Positions 13,552 to 24,984 of a DNA stretch of 64,000 nucleotides are shown piece by piece. Within the stretch, counting starts at the first letter, position 1, and each line of letters opens with the position of its first letter. The DNA is taken from the NCBI GenBank assembly GCA_013265495.1, contig MU057640.1, positions 443,303 through 507,302 of the forward strand. Direction: 5' to 3'. The stretch comes from Vicugna vicugna (taxonomy: Eukaryota). The notes under the pieces were generated by a model. It did no database searches and was not told the DNA's origin. It saw only the letters and a program-made list of their open reading frames with translations. A program made the translations under genes and the position numbers.

Positions 13552-13779
13552 CCCCCCTTCCTACTTCTAAAAAAAGTGTTGTTGTTTTTTAAGGGGTTTT
13601 TATTTTTGAAAAAGAAAGACCTCTATGTGATTAAAAAAAAAAAGAATTAAAACACGACAGACAATAAACTAGAAGAGAAAAGTAAATCTAAGACTCCCTT
13701 GCATCCTTAGACCCTAGATATTCTAACCAGAGCCAACTCACACTGCCACTCATTTTGTTTCGTCCCTATGTCTTTCTGG

Positions 13780-14700
13780 AGATGTACTATGAGCATAAAT
13801 GTATATCTGTCCTTCTATTTTTCCCTTAGAATAGTTGCATTCTAAATGCCCCGTTCTGCACCTTGCTTTTTCAATGTAACAATGTATTTCAGAGATCCAT
13901 ATCAGTAGGTATATGTCTGTCCTATTTTTAACAGATGCATGATATTTCATTGTGTGGATATACCATGATTTATTAATTTCATCTCTTTTTTTTAAACATT
14001 TTTTATTGAGTTATAGTTACTTTACAGTGTTGTGTCAAATTCCAGTGTAGAGCATAATTTTTCAGTTATACATGAACATACATATATTCATTGTCACATT
14101 TTTTTTCATTGTGAGCTACCACAAGATCTTGTATATATTTCCCTGTGCTATACAGTATAATCTTGTTTATCTTAATTTCATCTCTCTTGATGGACATTTA
14201 GGTGATTTCCAATCTTTGCCGTAATGAAAACATCTACCCATGGGTATAAGTCATCTATACATATCCTTCCTAAAGTTTTTATATATAGTATATAAATTAA
14301 GTATGTTTAAGAAATATTTAAGTTCTTACTATGGACAAATATTTGATATTTCATCATATTGATTATTTGTATTTATTCAGCCCAGTGACTTGTCCTAAGT
14401 CCTTACTGAAAATTCTTGCATATTGAGCTCTAGTTTTGATTATTCTTTAGCATAGGTTCCTAGAAGTAGGTCAGATAATCTGGAAATTGTTAAGTCTCTG
14501 GCTCCTTATTACCAAATTGTATTCCAGAAATGTACCAATTTATGTTTTTGCCAGCAGAGTGCCTATCTTGCCCTACAACACTAGCCTTTATCAAACAAAC
14601 AAAAAACTTTGCTAATTTGGTATGTGAAATATGGCGTTTCATTGTTTTAATATTTTACTTGTTTATGAGCTATTCTTATTTCCTCTTTTGTGGTTTGTTT
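13780..14700 (-). mobile_element. Old L1 (L1ME/MD-like) fragments, interrupted by a younger L1
   Basis: gatatttcattgtgtggatataccatgattta|...|gatggacatttaggtgatttccaa is continuous across the insert at 13987-14171. Confidence 0.65.
13987..14171 (-). mobile_element. Young camelid-type L1 3' end with 14-bp TSD
   Basis: Poly-T then the reverse complement of an L1 3' UTR related to 305-485. Perfect TSD ttaatttcatctct at 13973-13986 and 14172-14185. Confidence 0.88.
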
Positions 14701-14730
14701 GTGTCCTTTGGCCTCTTATCTGATTTGGTC

Positions 14731-14732
<2 letters not shown>

Positions 14733-14773
<41 letters not shown>

Positions 14774-14897
14774 TTTTTGTGGAGGGGAGTTAATTAGGTT
14801 TTTATTTGTTTATGTTTTAATAGAGGTACTGGGGATTGAACCCAGGACCTCATATGTGCTAAGCATGCACTTTACCACTGAGCTATACCCTTCCCCC
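14733..14897 (-). mobile_element. Camelid tRNA-derived SINE (Vic-1-like)
   Basis: Reverse complement reads ggggaagggtatagctcagtggtaaagtgcatgcttagcac...gaggtcctgggttcaatccccagtacctc with Pol III A/B boxes and a (TAAA)n tail. Imperfect TSD atctgatttggtctt / atctgatgcagtctt. Confidence 0.88.
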
Positions 14898-15009
14898 ATC
14901 TGATGCAGTCTTAATGCTATTTATATCAATTTGTGTGGGAATTTTACATATTGATATTGATTTGTCATATCTGTCATATATGTGGCAGATGTTTTCATTA
15001 GTGGTTTGA

Positions 15010-16320
15010 CTTTTAAAAAATTCTTTTAAGCCGTTAGTGTGGTATAATTTACATACAATAAAACACTCATTTTAAGTACCTAGTTCTACGAGTTTTGACA
15101 AGTGTATATACCCATATTAACCACAACCACAACAGAATCTTTCTATCATCCCCCCAAATTCCCTTGTGTCTCTTTGCAGTCCACCCCATCTCTTGCCCCA
15201 GGCAACCATTGATCTGCTTTCTGTCTCTATAGATTTGTTTTGCTGGTTCTAAAATTTCATATAAATAGAGTCGTACAGTATATATTCTTTTGAATCTAGC
15301 TTATTTTTCTCACCCTATTTTTTTTAAGATTTATTTATGTTATTGTGTATGGTAGTAGTTTGTTCCTTTTTATTCCATTAGATAAATATACCACAATTTT
15401 TTTATCCATTCACCAGCTGATGGACATTTGGGTTGTTTTCAGTTTTTGGATACTATGAATGAAGCTGCTGTGAGCATCTCTGTATAAGTCTTTTTGTAGG
15501 AATATTTTTTCCTCCCTTTCTTCTGGGTGAAGGCTTAGAAATGAAACTGCTCAGTCATTATAGCAAGCACATTTCTATATTAAGCAACTACCATACTCTT
15601 CCAAAGTGGCTGAGCCACTTTATATTCTGATCAGCAATGTGTGAGCATTTTGGTGGCTACACATCTTCACCAGCACTTAATGTTACAATTTTTAAAATTT
15701 TAGCCATTTTCATGGGTATGATATCTTACAGTTGTAATTTGCAGTTTCCTGATGACTAATGATGCTAAGCATATTTTCCTGTGCTTATTGGCTGTCTGTG
15801 CTCTTTTGTGAAGTCGGTTAAACTCTTTGCCCATTAAAAAAAAATGGATCATTTGTCTTCTCAGTACTGAAATGCTAGGACTCTTTATATATTCTGGACA
15901 TAGGTCCCTTGTCACATATATGTATGATGAACACTTTCAATCCGTGTTTTGCATATTCATCTTCTTAACAGTGTCTTTTTTTTTCATTGTAGTAAAATGT
16001 CTATAACATATAAGATGCCATTTTAATCATGTCGAGTGTACACTTCAGTGGCATTAATTACACTCACACTGTTGGGCAACTGTTATTCCTGTCTTTAAAA
16101 ATCTTTTAAAGAGCAGAAATTTTTAGTTTTGACAAAGTCCAAATGATTCTTTTCCATTTGTGGTTCTTGCTTTCTATGTCCCGAGAATCTTTGCCTACGC
16201 TAAGGTCATGAAGATTTCCCCCTATATTTTTCTTTTGGAAGTTTTATAATTTTAGTGTTTACTTTAATTCTATGGTCCATTTGGAGTTACTTTTTGTGTA
16301 TTATGTGAGGTCGAATTTAA
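15010..16320 (-). mobile_element. Old L1 (L1MB/MC-like) 3' end and ORF2 fragment
   Basis: Antisense L1 3' UTR and ORF2 text; the minus ORF 15700-15915 resembles the ORF2 C-terminus (LVIRKLQITTVRYH). Confidence 0.82.
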
Positions 16321-16852
16321 GCTTTATGTATTTGTTTTTAATACTGATAGCCACTTAACATGAGTAAAAATTAATAACTATTATTTTTTTTAGCCACTGA
16401 TTTATTTCATTGCTATTTTGCTTAGAAATTCCACATTCCTGTCCCATGCAGCTATCAGACATATATTCATCTATATAATTTCACCTATATAATTTTTTTT
16501 TTAAGTTAAAAAAAATTTTTTAACCTCAGTCTTGGATTCACTTGGAGTATGTTTAGGTTTATGTTGAGTTGAGGGACTAATTTGATTCCTCCTCAATAAT
16601 TAATTGAATAGTGGGAAAGGCAGTTCCTATTTAGGACATACAGTGGGAAGAGGGGAGAGCTTTTGTGAAGTGGCAGCCCTTTGGGCTTGCCTGGGGAGGA
16701 GTTGTGGGAGACATGCCAGAGAAGCTGGCCTGGGCAGCCTGTAGAGGACCCCTGTACTCAGTACCCTTGGGGGTCATGAGCCACTGAGAGATACGATGGG
16801 AGTGTTGCTTTAGCATTGTGTAGGTTGGCTTTGACTGGGGAGAGCTCAGAGG

Positions 16853-17408
16853 TGATGGAGGAAAATACAGGAAACTAGAGGATGGCCAAGTCCCAGGTGT
16901 TGGTTGAGTCCCTAGTAAGTGCCCCGCCAAGTGAGAGTCTTTGGCTTTGCACAGGAAAGAATTCAAGCTATAGCTGAGTAAAAGTAGATTTATTCAGAGA
17001 GATGCACACTCCATAGACCAAATGTAGGCCATCTCAGAAGGCCAGAGAGGCCATGAGGTGGAGTGTTGTTAGTTTTTATCGGCTTGATAGGTTCATATGC
17101 TAACAAGTGGGAGGATCATTCCAACCACTTTGGAGGGAAGGGGCTGGGATTCCCAGGAATTGGGCCATCACCCACTTTTTGACCTTTTATGGCCAGCCTC
17201 AGAACTGTCATGGCACCTGGGGGTGTGTCATTCACCATGCTGATATATTATAATGAACATATAATGAAACTCAAGGTCTACTGGAAATGAGCTCTCCTAC
17301 CGTCTTGGGCCCCAAGGTCTATAGGGAGTTGACTTTTCTACCATCTTGGTGCTAAGTGCTATGTCGTTCCTTTAATGGCTCTGTCCTGCCCGCTTCCCTC
17401 CTGTATCA
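16853..17408 (-). mobile_element. MER41-like ERV1 solo LTR with 4-bp TSD
   Basis: TG...CA ends; TSD gagg at 16849-16852 and 17409-17412; clearly homologous (reverse complement) to 56635-57195. Confidence 0.85.
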
Positions 17409-18539
17409 GAGGGATGAGGACTGAAAGTGGGAACCGCCAATTTCTAGCATCAGAGAGGGGCTGATTGTGACAGAGAGGAGGGGTGGGGGTGGGAACTGCC
17501 AGTTCTGAATTTCAGAAGGGGTGAAGCTGGAAGGAGGAGTTAAAGATTGACCTTGAGATTCAGGTTGAGCTGTTGGGTAGAACTTTTTTGCTTTAGCCAG
17601 AAATAAAGAAGGCTGGAGAAATTGGCTTTCCAAGGGGATAAAAGAAACTTTAAAAAGATGCTTTTAGAGAAAAATTATGACATTCTTTGAGAGTATAATC
17701 AGAACACTTCCTTATATTTTGTACATTTTAAAGTTTCCAAAATGCTTTTACATACTTCTTCCTTTTGAATTTTTCATTAATACATGGTGTCGTAGGCAGG
17801 ACAGATGTTACCCCACTGTCTGTCCCACAGCTGAGGGAGGAGAGGCTGGGGGAGGTTAGCAGGCTGACCCCAGTTCTGTTCTCTGAGTTTCAGGCACTTG
17901 TGGTGTGAGGAGCAGGAAGCCTGCAGTAAATTCTGATTTGGCTTCTACCCACTTGCTGGGGGAGTGTGGCCAGCCTCTTCCCACCCTCAGCACCTCAGCT
18001 TTCTTATCTGTTAAGTAGGGTCGATAATATCTGTACCCTTATCCTCACACAATGGAAGGCCAAACAAAATAACCTACACAAAAGAGAGCTTGCAAATATA
18101 AAGCAGGATGCAAATATCAATCTTATTAAGGTTATTTTTTCATCAGACTAGGGCTGGGAATCAGTTGGTCCCAGGATGGAGAGATGAAAGTACCCAGGGT
18201 CATGCTGACCCTGTAGGCTGAGTTGCTGCTGAGGTGTCCAGAGGTACGGGCCACCTCCCAGGGAATGGGCAGGGGGTACAGAGCTCTGAGACATGGTGAA
18301 GATGCCCATTCAACCTCCAAGGCTGGAGGCCTTCAAGGTCAGCGTTGGGACATCTGAGGGCTCACATGTACTGGGAAAAACTGTGGATTTGGATTCAGAG
18401 GCCTTGGGTTTGAAATGATTTTCACCATTTCCTTATCTTTGAAACATCACATTATACACCCTGGAAATACAGAACTGCTTAAAAGTTTCCCAAACTTGCT
18501 GTGTCCTATGCCTTTGGTCAAACTCCTGCTCCTTCAAAG

Positions 18540-18813
18540 CAGAGGTTAGAGAGAGAGAGAGGCTGGAAGATGCTGTACTGCTGGCTTTGTGGAAGGGACA
18601 TAAGCCAAGAAATGCAGGTGGTCTCTAGAAGTAGAAAATGGTAAGGAAACGGATTTTCTCGGAGCCTCCAGAAGGAACCAGTCGTACTGACACCTTGACA
18701 TTGAAACTGATTTTGGACTTCTGATCTCTAGAACTATAAGATACTAAATGTGTGGTGTTTTAAGCCACTAAGTTTGTGGTCATTTATTACAGCAGCAATA
18801 GGAAACTAATACA
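18540..18813 (+). mobile_element. MaLR LTR 3' half (MLT1D-like)
   Basis: agccaagaaatgcaggtggtctctagaag...ttttaagccactaagtttgtggtcatttattacagcagcaataggaaactaataca. Confidence 0.82.
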
Positions 18814-18814
18814 A

Positions 18815-19690
18815 TGCACTTAAGATTCATCAAAGTTATTGCACGTTTGGATGCATTCCACTGTATGGATGTATCACCACTTGCGTATTCATTTACCAAT
18901 TGATGAACATTTGGGTTGTTTCCAAGTCTGGGCCATTAGGAATAAAGTTGCTATGAACATTTTTATATATATAGGTCTTTGTGTGGACATATGTTTTCAT
19001 TTTCCTTGAGCAAATGCCTAGGTGTAGGATTGCTGGGTCATGAGTATATATTTAACTTTATAAGAAACTGCCAACGTGCCTTCCGAGGTGGGTGTCCCAT
19101 TTAGCATTCCCACTAGTTATACATGAGAGTCCCAATTATTCTGTATCCTTGCCAGTGTATGGCACATAGCCATTATAATAGATGTTTAGTGGTATCTCAC
19201 TGTGATTTTAGTTGCATTTTCCTGATGGCTAATGATGTTGAACATTTTTTTTTCCACAGGCTTTTTGGCTATCTTTATTACTTCTTTTGTGAAATGTCTT
19301 TTCAGTTCTTTTGGCCATTAAAAAAATTGGGTCATTTGTCTTCTTCTTCTTGAGTTTTAAGAGTTCTTCATATATATCTTTTATCAGATATATGTCTTGC
19401 AAGATATTTTCTCCAAGTCTGGTTTATGTTTTTATTTTCATATTCGTGCCTTTCAAAGAGCAGATGTTTTAAATTTTGATCAAGTTCAATCAATATAATG
19501 AACTTTTTTCTTTTGTGGCTCATGCTCTTTGTGTTCTAAGAAATCTTTGCTTAACCCAAAGTCACAAAGATTTTCTTCTGTGTTTTCTTCTAGAAGTGTC
19601 ATAATTTTAGCTCTTATATTTAACTGTATAATCCATGTTGAGTTAATCTTTATATAGGGTGTGAGGTAAGGGGTTAAGATTTTTAAAATC
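18815..19690 (-). mobile_element. Old L1 (L1MB-like) fragment
   Basis: Antisense L1 text; the minus ORF 19486-19692 resembles ORF2 (PYLTPYIKINSTWIIQLNIRAK...LLEEN). Confidence 0.82.
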
Positions 19691-22410
19691 AAAAACTGGG
19701 GGAAGGATGCCTTTGACTAGTTTGGATACCAGGTTAATGCTGGCCTCACAAAATGAATTAGTATTGTGCTGGGTGCCACGGGGAATATAAAGGTCAGATC
19801 CAGCCCTTGCTGGAATCACACACATAAACATACCTTGAGTATGATAAAGGCAGAGTTTGATTGGCCCCTTGAGGGAACTACAAAGGACCTACTTTTGGCA
19901 TTCCAGGAAGGAGGAGGCCATGGGAAGCTTCAGAAAAGGCTTCCTAAAAGTGGTGCTTTAGTAGGGCTGCAACTTTGCCTACCTCTGGGGTCACTAATCA
20001 AATGCTAGTCTAGAATGCCGCTCCCTTCAGGGTGCACGGAATAGAAATGGATGGCACCCACCTGGAGTTGTAAAACATAGTGGCCCGGCTAAAGTGAGTC
20101 TGCCAGCTGAGAGCCCAGGGGAAGATGGGTGGGGTTCACAGGTGTTTTGTGTTGGAGGGAATTCTCTTAAACTCATGATTGGTTGTTTTATATAAGTATG
20201 CTTTTGTTTCCCCCACTTTTTAATTAAACTCCCACTGATCTGCGTTCTCCCCTTCACTGAGTATGGTGCTGGAGGCCCTGGAGAGGAAGGTGGGGAGGAC
20301 AGGGACCAGCCCTCGTGGAGCTTGCCTGGCTCTATGCTCGGCACCCTAAACGTGCAACCTCATTAGTCCTCCCATCAACTCTGCAGTCGCGGCTTCTTTA
20401 TTTCCATGTTTTCAGATTAAAAAAACGAGACTCAAAAATGTTAAATGCCTAGCCCAGGGTCAGCCACTAGTCAGGAGCGGAGCCGAGACGACTGTCCTGT
20501 CCCCTGGCTCCCCTCGGCCTCTGCAGGACTCTCCCCCATGGCTCTCCCCCATAGCTCTGAGACAACTTCATTTCCGAGGAAGGCGGGCACACAGACAGGA
20601 AAGGAATAGGTGCCAGGGGAGGTCAGGATGAGATATTTGTGAGTGGGTTTGTTCTGATTTAGCAAAAACACTGGGCGCTGGGGGCCGGGCCGCGGCTGGC
20701 TGGCTGTGTGGTCAGGGTTTGCAAAGCTTCCAAAGATCCTTTTGCTAGAAGGGCTTTAAAAGCTGCAAACTCTCAGCAGTTTCCATCAGTCGGGATTTTT
20801 CCCCTCCAGACTGAATTTTGTCAGGGCTTTGCTGGCTTCTGTGTTCCCAGATTGACCCATGTCTCCCTCACCTGAGCGGCACTGCTTAGTCCTCACACCA
20901 CTTCCTGTCACCAGTGCCTCCCCCGGAAAGGGTTCTTTACCAGCTCTACCTTCTTGTCCCCAACACCCACCTCTCCGCTCTGTCAAAACCCTCTGATTTC
21001 TCCAAGGAGCGTGGGGCACGTCAGGGACAAAGGAACGCCAGGACCTAGTTTTGATCCAGATTTGGGGGTTTGCTTCTCTTCCTGGTCTCGTAATTTTACA
21101 GGAGGTCCCTGAAAAACAAGGAAGCTAATGCTTCAGGGGCTTGCTGTGCCTGGAAATCAGAGGGCGCCGTGTATGAGAAGGTCCCGAAGTCCCTGACCCT
21201 GTTCCAATGTCCCGATCTCGCGGAATACCCTTGCCCTCAGACCCCCACCTCAGGGGATCTTGCCGGCTTGCCCTGGGCATTGGCTTCCTCATTTGGTCAC
21301 CATGGGCCCTGCCCCTGGCAACTCAGAGGCAAACAGAGATAGGGCCAGGCCCTGGCTGCCTGGCCTTGAGGTCAGCAGGAAAAGCAACACCTGCATCCGA
21401 GAGCCCTCACCCCCACCGCCGCTCCCCAGCCTGCGACGCCCCTGTGCCCGGCTGGCCCTGCCCACCAGCAGCGCTCCAGGAATCCTAAAGTGCAGCCCCA
21501 GTGGCTCTCAGTGACTTCATGGGGAGCCATCTGGGTTGGTTCTCCTCACCTCCACCTCCTTCCAGGACTTGCCAAGGATGATGCCTCCAAGCCCCTCCCA
21601 GCGCCCAAAATACCAGCCCTGCCTCCTGGCCCTGCCAGAAAATGCTTCTTAGCACATTAGCGGGTTTAGCCGCTGCAGTGGCAGCCATTTAGCAAGCTGC
21701 AGAGGCACATAGATTTCATTCTGGAATTCTTTCCAGCTACTCGCTCGCTGCTTTGACAACACTAGGCGGCACCATTACTGGGAACCTGTGGGGCCTGTGA
21801 GCTAGAAGTGGCTGGGGGCCTGGGGCTGGGGTGGTGGGCGCAGCGGGTGCCTGAGAGAGGTGGGTGGACAGTACCAGTCTCTTCTCTCTGGCTGACCTCC
21901 CCCCTTGCCTTCTGGAACTTGCTTGGAACAGATTTTGGGACGCCAGCAACTTATTTCCAGCTGCCTCCGTGCTGCGGCTTCTGCTTGCACGAGAGACGAG
22001 GCAGCAAGACAGAGTGAAAGGAAACAGCCCCTCCAGATATCATCTTGGACTCAGAAGACCTTGCTGCAGTTGCTTCCCTTCCACTTAGGAGCTGAGTGTT
22101 CTGGAGCAAATCACCAATTCTTCAGAACTCGCTGTTCTCATCTGCAGAGGGACTCATGTGACCCACCTCTCCACTTTGGTGTGAGGTTGGGGCGTCTACA
22201 AGGCTGTGTATGGGAGAGTGTTTTCTAAACTGTAAAGTGGCAAACATTTGCATTCCTGTGAGCTCCTGGAGGGCAGGAACTATGTTTTGTTTATCTTTGA
22301 ATTCTCCCATCCTGTTGATTTGTTGGATAGAAAAGTAAATGGTAAATTTCTGGAAGATTCTGACCTGCCCATTGGTGGTCAGTGTGGTGAAGAAAAGTAA
22401 TGCTATGGAG

Positions 22411-22935
22411 GTATTAATTTGTTAGGGCCGCTGTAACAAAACACCACCGACTTAAACAACAGAAATTTATTGCCTCCTAGTTGGAAGTCTGAGATCAAGG
22501 AGGCGGCAGGGTTGGTTCACCGAGGACTATGAGGAATATCTGTTCTAGGTTTCTCTTAGCTTCTGGTGCTTTGCTGCAGACCTTAGGTGCCCCTTGGCTT
22601 GTAGAAGCGTCATCTAGATCTCTGCCTTCATCTTCACATGGTGTCCTCCCAGTATGCATGTCTCTGGGCCCAAATTTTTATTACATATCATTTAAAAAAA
22701 TTTTTTTTTTGGTTTTTTTTTTGGGGGGGAATTAGGTTTGTTTGTTTGTTTATTTATTTAATGGAAGTACTGGGGATTGAATCCAGGACCTCATGCTTGC
22801 TAAGCACGCACTCTACCACTGAGCTAAACCCTCCCCCAAATTTCCCTCTTTTTCAAAGACACCAGACATATTGGATTAGGGCCTACCCTAATAACCTCAT
22901 TCTAACTAGTTATATCATCAGTGGCCCTATTTCCA
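22411..22935 (-). mobile_element. MaLR LTR (MLT1C-like) interrupted by a camelid SINE
   Basis: gtattaatttgttagggccgctgtaacaaa...cttaaacaacagaaatttatt...gatctctgccttcatcttcacatgg...ttggattagggcctaccctaa. Confidence 0.8.
22692..22837 (-). mobile_element. Camelid tRNA-derived SINE (Vic-1-like)
   Basis: gtactggggattgaatccaggacctcatgcttgctaagcacgcactctaccactgagctaaaccctcccc preceded by a T-rich tail. Confidence 0.88.
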
Positions 22936-23929
22936 GTCATGATGGGCAGGGGTCTTCTGAGCCCAGGGGCCCAGCTGTGGATGGGAAAGACCAAGGCAAT
23001 GGGCCAGACCTGGCTGGGAAAAGAGTTCTTCTGATGCAGAGGCAGGTGGTTGCTGGGCAAGCGAACCCATTTTCTATCACCATTCTTAGACTTTGGGTAG
23101 TAGGGGTCAGAGGTCTTTGTCTCCTAGAGTTGATTTTATTTTTTCCCTTATAAGTATGTCCTCTTAAGTAAAATTGCACCATTTGTGTTTTAGACTTAAA
23201 TGTAGTAGCTGTTCTTACCCTTCACATCCCTTTTTTTTCCGTGCCCCTCTTTCCCTTCAAGACACTGACCCCGTGCACGCAGGACACCTTCCTTACTACT
23301 CAGAAGCATGGGCACACAGTTGCAGGAGTCTGAGGGCTGATGAGGTTCTGTTCTCTGCCCTTCCCTTCCTCCTCTTGTTATGATGTTTGTCCTCCACCAG
23401 TCTTCTTCCAGAGCGTCTCTCTGACGAGGTCCCCTTCATTCCATGAGCACCCCCTTTGCCCTGGGTGCTTGCACATCAAGGCACATTCTGGGTGGCGGGG
23501 TCCAGATTGAGTGCAGCCCCAGACCACGGTGTTGTTGCTGGTTGTGAGGGCACAGGGACGGCTTTGTGCCCTGCCTTCTATGTTAGAGTCTTCACTGCCC
23601 GCCATTCCTGTCTTTCCCATGACACACTCCAATTTAGGAAGGGGCTGACAAGGAAGAAGGCGTTTATGAAAATAACCCCTGAATAACAAGAGGGAATCTA
23701 CTGTATTCTTATTACATACAGACACGGTGCCTTTTCCTTATTTATTCCTCTCAGCCCTAAGAAGGGGGTACTTTCATTAGCCTCATTTTGCAGATGAGCT
23801 GTTGAGGTTTTGAAAGGCAGTCAAGGAAATGTAAACCTCCCAAGGTTGCTCAGCTAGCGAGGGACTTTTACAGTTCTCAAGTAGAACCTCAAGTGCTTCT
23901 CTCTTATCCGCGGGGGACCTCAAAGGGTG

Positions 23930-24075
23930 GGCAATGGCTCACTTGAATTAGAATGACCTGGAGAACAGAGTGAAAAGTCAGGCTCCTGGCCTCCACCCTA
24001 ATCTACTGAATCTGGAGAGGGTGGGGTGGGGCTGGGAATCTACATTCCAGAATTGCTCCCCAGGGACTCTTGGGT
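23930..24075. mobile_element. MER5A-like hAT fragment
   Basis: ttagaatgacctggag...ggctcctggcctccaccc...tactgaatc...gggctgggaatctacatt. Confidence 0.55.
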
Positions 24076-24235
24076 CTATTTCCTTCCAGTGCCTCTTCCC
24101 TTCCTGTTCCACCCAGGCTGCTGAGAACCTGCTGTTTCCCACTGAGGGGTCTACAGTGCAGGGGCACGTGTGCTCTGTAGCCCAGCCTCACGTCCTCCCT
24201 CTCTTTCTGGTGTAGAGTAGCCCCGGAAGTTCCAG

Positions 24236-24984
24236 TGGAGGGGAGCAGAAACTTGCCACCCCCAAAGATGTCTCTCTGGCATATTAATTATTTTAACCTG
24301 GCTATTTTCCAAGAAACATCCAACAGGGAAAAAAATCCTGAAAACCAGGTAGAAGTTACCATTTTCTAAGAAACATTTACATGTATGAGGGGAATCTCCA
24401 TTTGTAAGGGTGTCTCCCTTGCTGTACCAGAAAGTTGACCAGATCTCTAGAAACAGCATCTATAGAGAAGGCAATGACTTCAATCTGCATAACAACCTTA
24501 CCCTTTTTCACTGTGCGTTTCCTGGTCACCTCCCATAGCTGACACTCCACCACTCCACACCCCCTCCCCCCCACCACNNNNNNNNNNNNNNNNNNNNNNN
24601 NNNNNNNNNNNNNNNNNNNNNNNNNNNNNNNNNNNNNNNNNNNNNNNNNNNNNNNNNNNNNNNNNNNNNNNNNNNNNNNNNNNNNNNNNNNNNNNNNNNN
24701 NNNNNNNNNNNNNNNNNNNNNNNNNNNNNNNNNACCACCCCGGCGGCCCTCCCCACACCCCCCCAAACCCCAACATTCTCTTTTGTCTTTAGCTGAGAAT
24801 GCTAATTAAGGTGAGGACTTCCGTCCTTTTGGAGAGGTACTCAGTTTTCCTGCATTTCTCCCATGTATACATGTTATTAAATTTCTGTTTGATTTTCTCC
24901 AATTTTTCTGTCTCAGGTCAAGGTAATTCTTAGATCAGTCAGAAGAGTTTAGAAGGGAAGAGGAAAATTTCTTCCTCCCTGACT
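24236..24984 (+). mobile_element. ERV1 LTR (MER34/MER39-like) spanning an assembly gap
   Basis: Start tggaggggagcagaaacttgccacccccaaagatgtctctctggcat; end ttagaagggaagaggaaaatttcttcctccctgac; internal ggaatctccatttgtaagggtgtctccc. Confidence 0.7.
24578..24733. other. Assembly gap (156 N)
   Basis: Run of N flanked by C-rich sequence on both sides. Confidence 0.99.
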
